DNA from: Schizochytrium sp. TIO01
Lineage: Eukaryota > Protista > Bigyra: Labyrinthulomycetes
NCBI GenBank assembly: GCA_004764695.1
Contig: SMSO01000032.1
Location: 620,001-684,000, forward strand
Length of the DNA: 64,000 bases
Reading direction: 5' to 3'
The notes under the pieces are model-generated. The model did no database searches. It saw only the letters and a program-made list of their open reading frames with translations, and was not told the DNA's origin. Each line of letters opens with the position of its first letter. Position 1 is the stretch's first letter. Shown piece after piece: positions 58,801 through 61,800 of this stretch. The translations under genes were made by a program, and so were the position numbers.

Positions 58801-61800
58801 AAGTCGGGCAGACGCGCACTCGCCGTTTGTGAGGCGCTTGCCGTTACAGTCCAAAATCCAGTCCCCCTCTGCAGCTGGGTCCGAACACACGGCCAACACG
58901 CGATCACAAAACCCAGTCCGACAATCTTCATTGTCCACGCAATGCAGACCGTTCAAACATGGGCCACAAAACGGACCACCGCAATCGACATCAGTCTCCT
59001 CGCCATCCTTTACTCCGTTTGCACAAGTTTGTGCAATACATTCGCCGTCAGGGCTACAAAGACCTGATGCACAGTCACGATTGAGAAGGCAGGTAGCCTC
59101 CCCAATCTCTTGACATGGAGAGCACTCTGGGCCACCGCAGTCCGGGAAAGTCTCGAAGCCGTTCTGAACTCCATCAAGACAAGATGGTGGTCTACAAGTA
59201 GAGTCAGACGGGGCACACAAGAGTGGGTGAGTACAATCTGTATTGGCGCTACAAGAAGCTCCAGTAAGGCATCCATCGCAATTGGCGCCACCGCAATCAA
59301 CATCAGATTCATCAACATCTTGCACCCCATTTGCACAGTGGCGAGGCAAGCAAGTATATGAAACAGGAGAACAGATATTAGAATCGCAGTCCGTGTTTGC
59401 CTTGCACTCGCGACCTACTGCACACGGAAGACACGAGTCACCACCACAAACTCCGCCTGCACACTGTGGTTGAACGCAACGTGCGGCGTCTTCATCACAA
59501 ATAAGATCACCATCACAATCATCGTTGCCGTTGCAAGTACTGAATTCTGCACATGCCTTTTCGCAGTTAGGACCACCACAGTCCACATCTGCCTCGCCGT
59601 TATTCATCACGCCATCATTGCAGGTTCCAGGGATACAGAGGTTGTCCTTGCAGACCTTGCTTGAACAGTCTGAGCCAACTTGGCAGAGAGACCCGTCAGC
59701 GCACGGGGCGCAATCAGGCCCACCACAGTCAACATCCGTTTCGGAGCCATCTTGGCGCTCGTTGAGGCAAGAGTTTTTCACACAAACACCAGCCCCTCCA
59801 CAAAGAAGATCATCCGCACAATCCTCGTTTACTGAGCAGGCCATGCCCGTCTGATTGCATGGTGAGCATTGAGGGCCACCACAATCAATATCGGTTTCCT
59901 CCTGGCCTTGCTTGCCATCACGGCAACTTGAAGGCATCAATAAGAGTTTACGCGCCTGCAGGTCAGAAGGTAGGCACTGCTGCATTAAAGGATCACACTG
60001 GAGTGGGATGGCACAGTCGCGATCTTTCACACACGTCGCAAGAGGAGTTCTGCACGGCGCACAATCTTGGCCACCACAGTCAACGTCTGTCTCATTTCCA
60101 GACATGACCCGATCAAAGCAGGATGCCAACGAGCATATCTCACGTTGAGGGTCGCATAAAAGACCAGATTCGCAGCCGTGGTCTTGAAGGCAGTGAACAC
60201 CTACCGGGCACGGTGCACACCCACCAGCGCAGTCAATGCCAGTTTCGTTGCCGTTTTGGATTCCATCATTGCACTGACGAGGAAAGCATCGACCTAGTCG
60301 AGGATCACAGAAGCCACTCTTGCAATCATTATCTTCAGCACAAAGGTGAAGATTGGTACATTCAGGACAAAATGGACCACCACAGTCTGTATCTGTCTCA
60401 AGACCATTGCGAAGACCATCTGTGCAGGTAAATGGCATACAGATGCCACGCTCCTCACTACAAAGTTCTTTGCAATCACGAACACTAAAGCACTCTTGGC
60501 CATTGTCACACGGGCTACATTCATGACCACAGTCAAGTCCTGTTTCGTTACCGTTCAAAATACCGTCAAAGCAAGTGGCCGGTGCACAAACTTGGCGAAA
60601 GGGTTCACACAGAAGACCTGAGGCGCAATCACGGTCTCCAATGCACCCCACACCTTTGGCGCATGGAGCGCAACTTCCGCCACAATCAACGCCCGTCTCG
60701 TTGCCATTAAGCACACCGTCTGTACAAGCGGGTGGGACACAAATGCCCATGTCCAAGTCACAGGCACCACTAAGACAGTCTGCGCCGGACTCACAGAGCT
60801 GTCCATCCTCACAAGGTGGGCAGTCCCCAGAACAATCCACATCAGTTTCTGAACCATCCTGGCGACCATTCTGGCAGCTCAAGGGGTAACACATGCCTTG
60901 GGTCATGTCACAGAAAGACTCGTCAGCATTGCAATCGCGTGGGAGCTCACATGGGTCACCAATTGTACAAGGAGGGCATTCAGGACCACCACAATCAGTA
61001 CCTGTCTCGTTTCTGTCGCGCCGTCCATTTCGGCAGGTAGCAGCAATACAAATGCCGTCGTGACAAGCATGACTAAAACAGTCTGAGTTACGTTCGCAGA
61101 GGAGTCCTACATCGCAAGGTGTACATGATCCACCGCAATCAACGTCGGTTTCAAAGCCATCAAGAACCTTGTTTGAACAATGCGATTCAAGGCAAATACT
61201 ATTCACTTCACAACAATGCTGGTGCTGGCAGTCTGTATGAGAGAGACAGGTTGCGCCGTCTGCACAGCGGCCACAAACTGGGCCGCCACAGTCTACAGCG
61301 GTTTCCAAACCGTTCTTGATTCCGTCAACACATGATGCGTCCAAGCAAATGCCCTGTTCGTGATCACATAGCCCACTGGCACAATCGGACGCAGCTTCAC
61401 AGTCCCGCCCGGCAGCACATGGGCCACAGATGTTGCCGCAATCAATGTCAGTCTCGTTACCATTCAGGACACCGTCAAAACAGGATGAAGGCATGCAAAG
61501 ACCTGAATGGGAGTTACAGTGACCACTCTTGCAATCTCTGTCGAGATGACACTCTGCTCCATCATCACAAGGAAGACAATCAGGGCCACCACAGTCCGTC
61601 GCAGTTTCATTACCGTTAAGAAGATGGTCTGCACAAAGCTGATTGAGGCAAGTACTAGTACCCGGGTCACAAACGCCACTAATACAATCTGCAGCAGCTA
61701 AGCAGTGACGTCCATTTTCACATGGCAAGCAATCTGGTCCTGCACAGTCAATGTCCGTCTCATTTCCATTCAAGATGCGATCACGACAGTGAGCCGCAAG

